Below, in pieces: positions 63,157 through 64,000 of a stretch of 64,000 nucleotides of DNA. Position numbers and translations under genes: made by a program. Under the pieces are notes generated by a model, which was not told the origin of the DNA, searched no databases, and was given only the letters and a program-made list of their open reading frames with translations. Origin of the DNA: Octopus vulgaris (lineage: Eukaryota); contig OX597820.1 in NCBI GenBank assembly GCA_951406725.2, forward strand, positions 111,786,001 to 111,850,000, in the 5' to 3' direction. The stretch's first letter is position 1. The number at the start of each line of letters is the position of its first letter.

Positions 63157-63939
63157 AAGATTTGCTTTACCACATACCGAAGTTTAGAAATAGCAGCCAA
63201 AGAACCTTAGCTGTTTCTTCTACTATAAGAAGAGACTCCCGGACAAAACAAAATACTCAAAATAACCCACATAGACAGAGAGGAAAAATAACGAAATTCA
63301 CTTGGTATTTGATTACCTATGGATGCGTTTCGGAATTAGATCGGTATGAAGAATGTAAAAATCATACTTCACCCAAACATTTTCCTCTTCAGCATAGGAT
63401 TCCACGATATTAAATTTGAGAGCACTGAAAACATTGAACATAACTATCCAATTCAAAACAGTATCAGACAGATCATATTCAATGTCCAGTACCAACAAAT
63501 TCAAAACACACGAATGAGGTTCCTCACCTTCCCTCGCCCATCCACATGTGTTGTTGAGTAAAAATACTACAGAAAAAAACTGTAGTTTATTATCAGGGAG
63601 AAAATTATATTATCAATAATAATAAAGGGTAAAATTAATTAATTAACTAGTAATTAACTAGTAACCAAGTAGAATTCGGCATGAAAAAGGACCATTTTTC
63701 AGTAAACTTAAACAATATTTTATAATATAATGATTTTTACATTCTTCATTACCGATCTAATTCTGAAACGCATCCATAGGTAATCAAATACCAAGTGAAT
63801 TTCGTTATTTTTCCTCTCTGTCTACATGGGTTATTTCGAGTATTTTGTTTTGTCCAGGAGTCTCTTCTTGTAGTAGAAGAAATAGCTAAGGTTCTTTGGG
63901 TGCTATTTCTAAACTTCGGCATGTGGTAAAGCAAATCTT
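63157..63939. repeat. ~205-bp inverted duplication with a ~365-bp spacer
   Basis: 63157-63366 vs 63731-63939, roughly 90% identical by eye (ORF-track peptides nearly identical). Confidence 0.85.
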
Positions 63940-64000
63940 TGCTGAACCCTAATTATAATTATACTCATAATTATAAAATATTGTTATATATATATATATA

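Overview
AT-rich, repeat-dense animal genomic DNA; the SINE families, (TA)n load and transposon spectrum suggest an octopod cephalopod (Octopus-like; inference). The main gene is a complete 19-exon eIF3L (translation initiation factor 3 subunit L) on the + strand (CDS 1652..42666, all GT-AG, phase-compatible, 548 aa by manual splicing). A probable second gene starts head-to-head with it (minus-strand coding first exon 1384..1312). Introns and flanks hold piggyBac derivatives, a near full-length CR1 LINE, a mariner with a nested CR1 fragment, a DD37D maT element, Helitron and RTE remnants, MITEs and tRNA-derived SINEs. The most interesting part is 49-64 kb. It holds a nearly intact Penelope-like retroelement (RT + GIY-YIG, probably Naiad-type) with inverted pseudo-LTRs carrying a variant hammerhead motif. 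It also holds further hammerhead-bearing pLTR remnants, a partial HDV-like ribozyme at an RTE-type 5' end, and microsatellite-embedded fold-back elements. Two candidate intronic H/ACA snoRNAs are proposed. All calls are by eye, with no database searches or folding runs.
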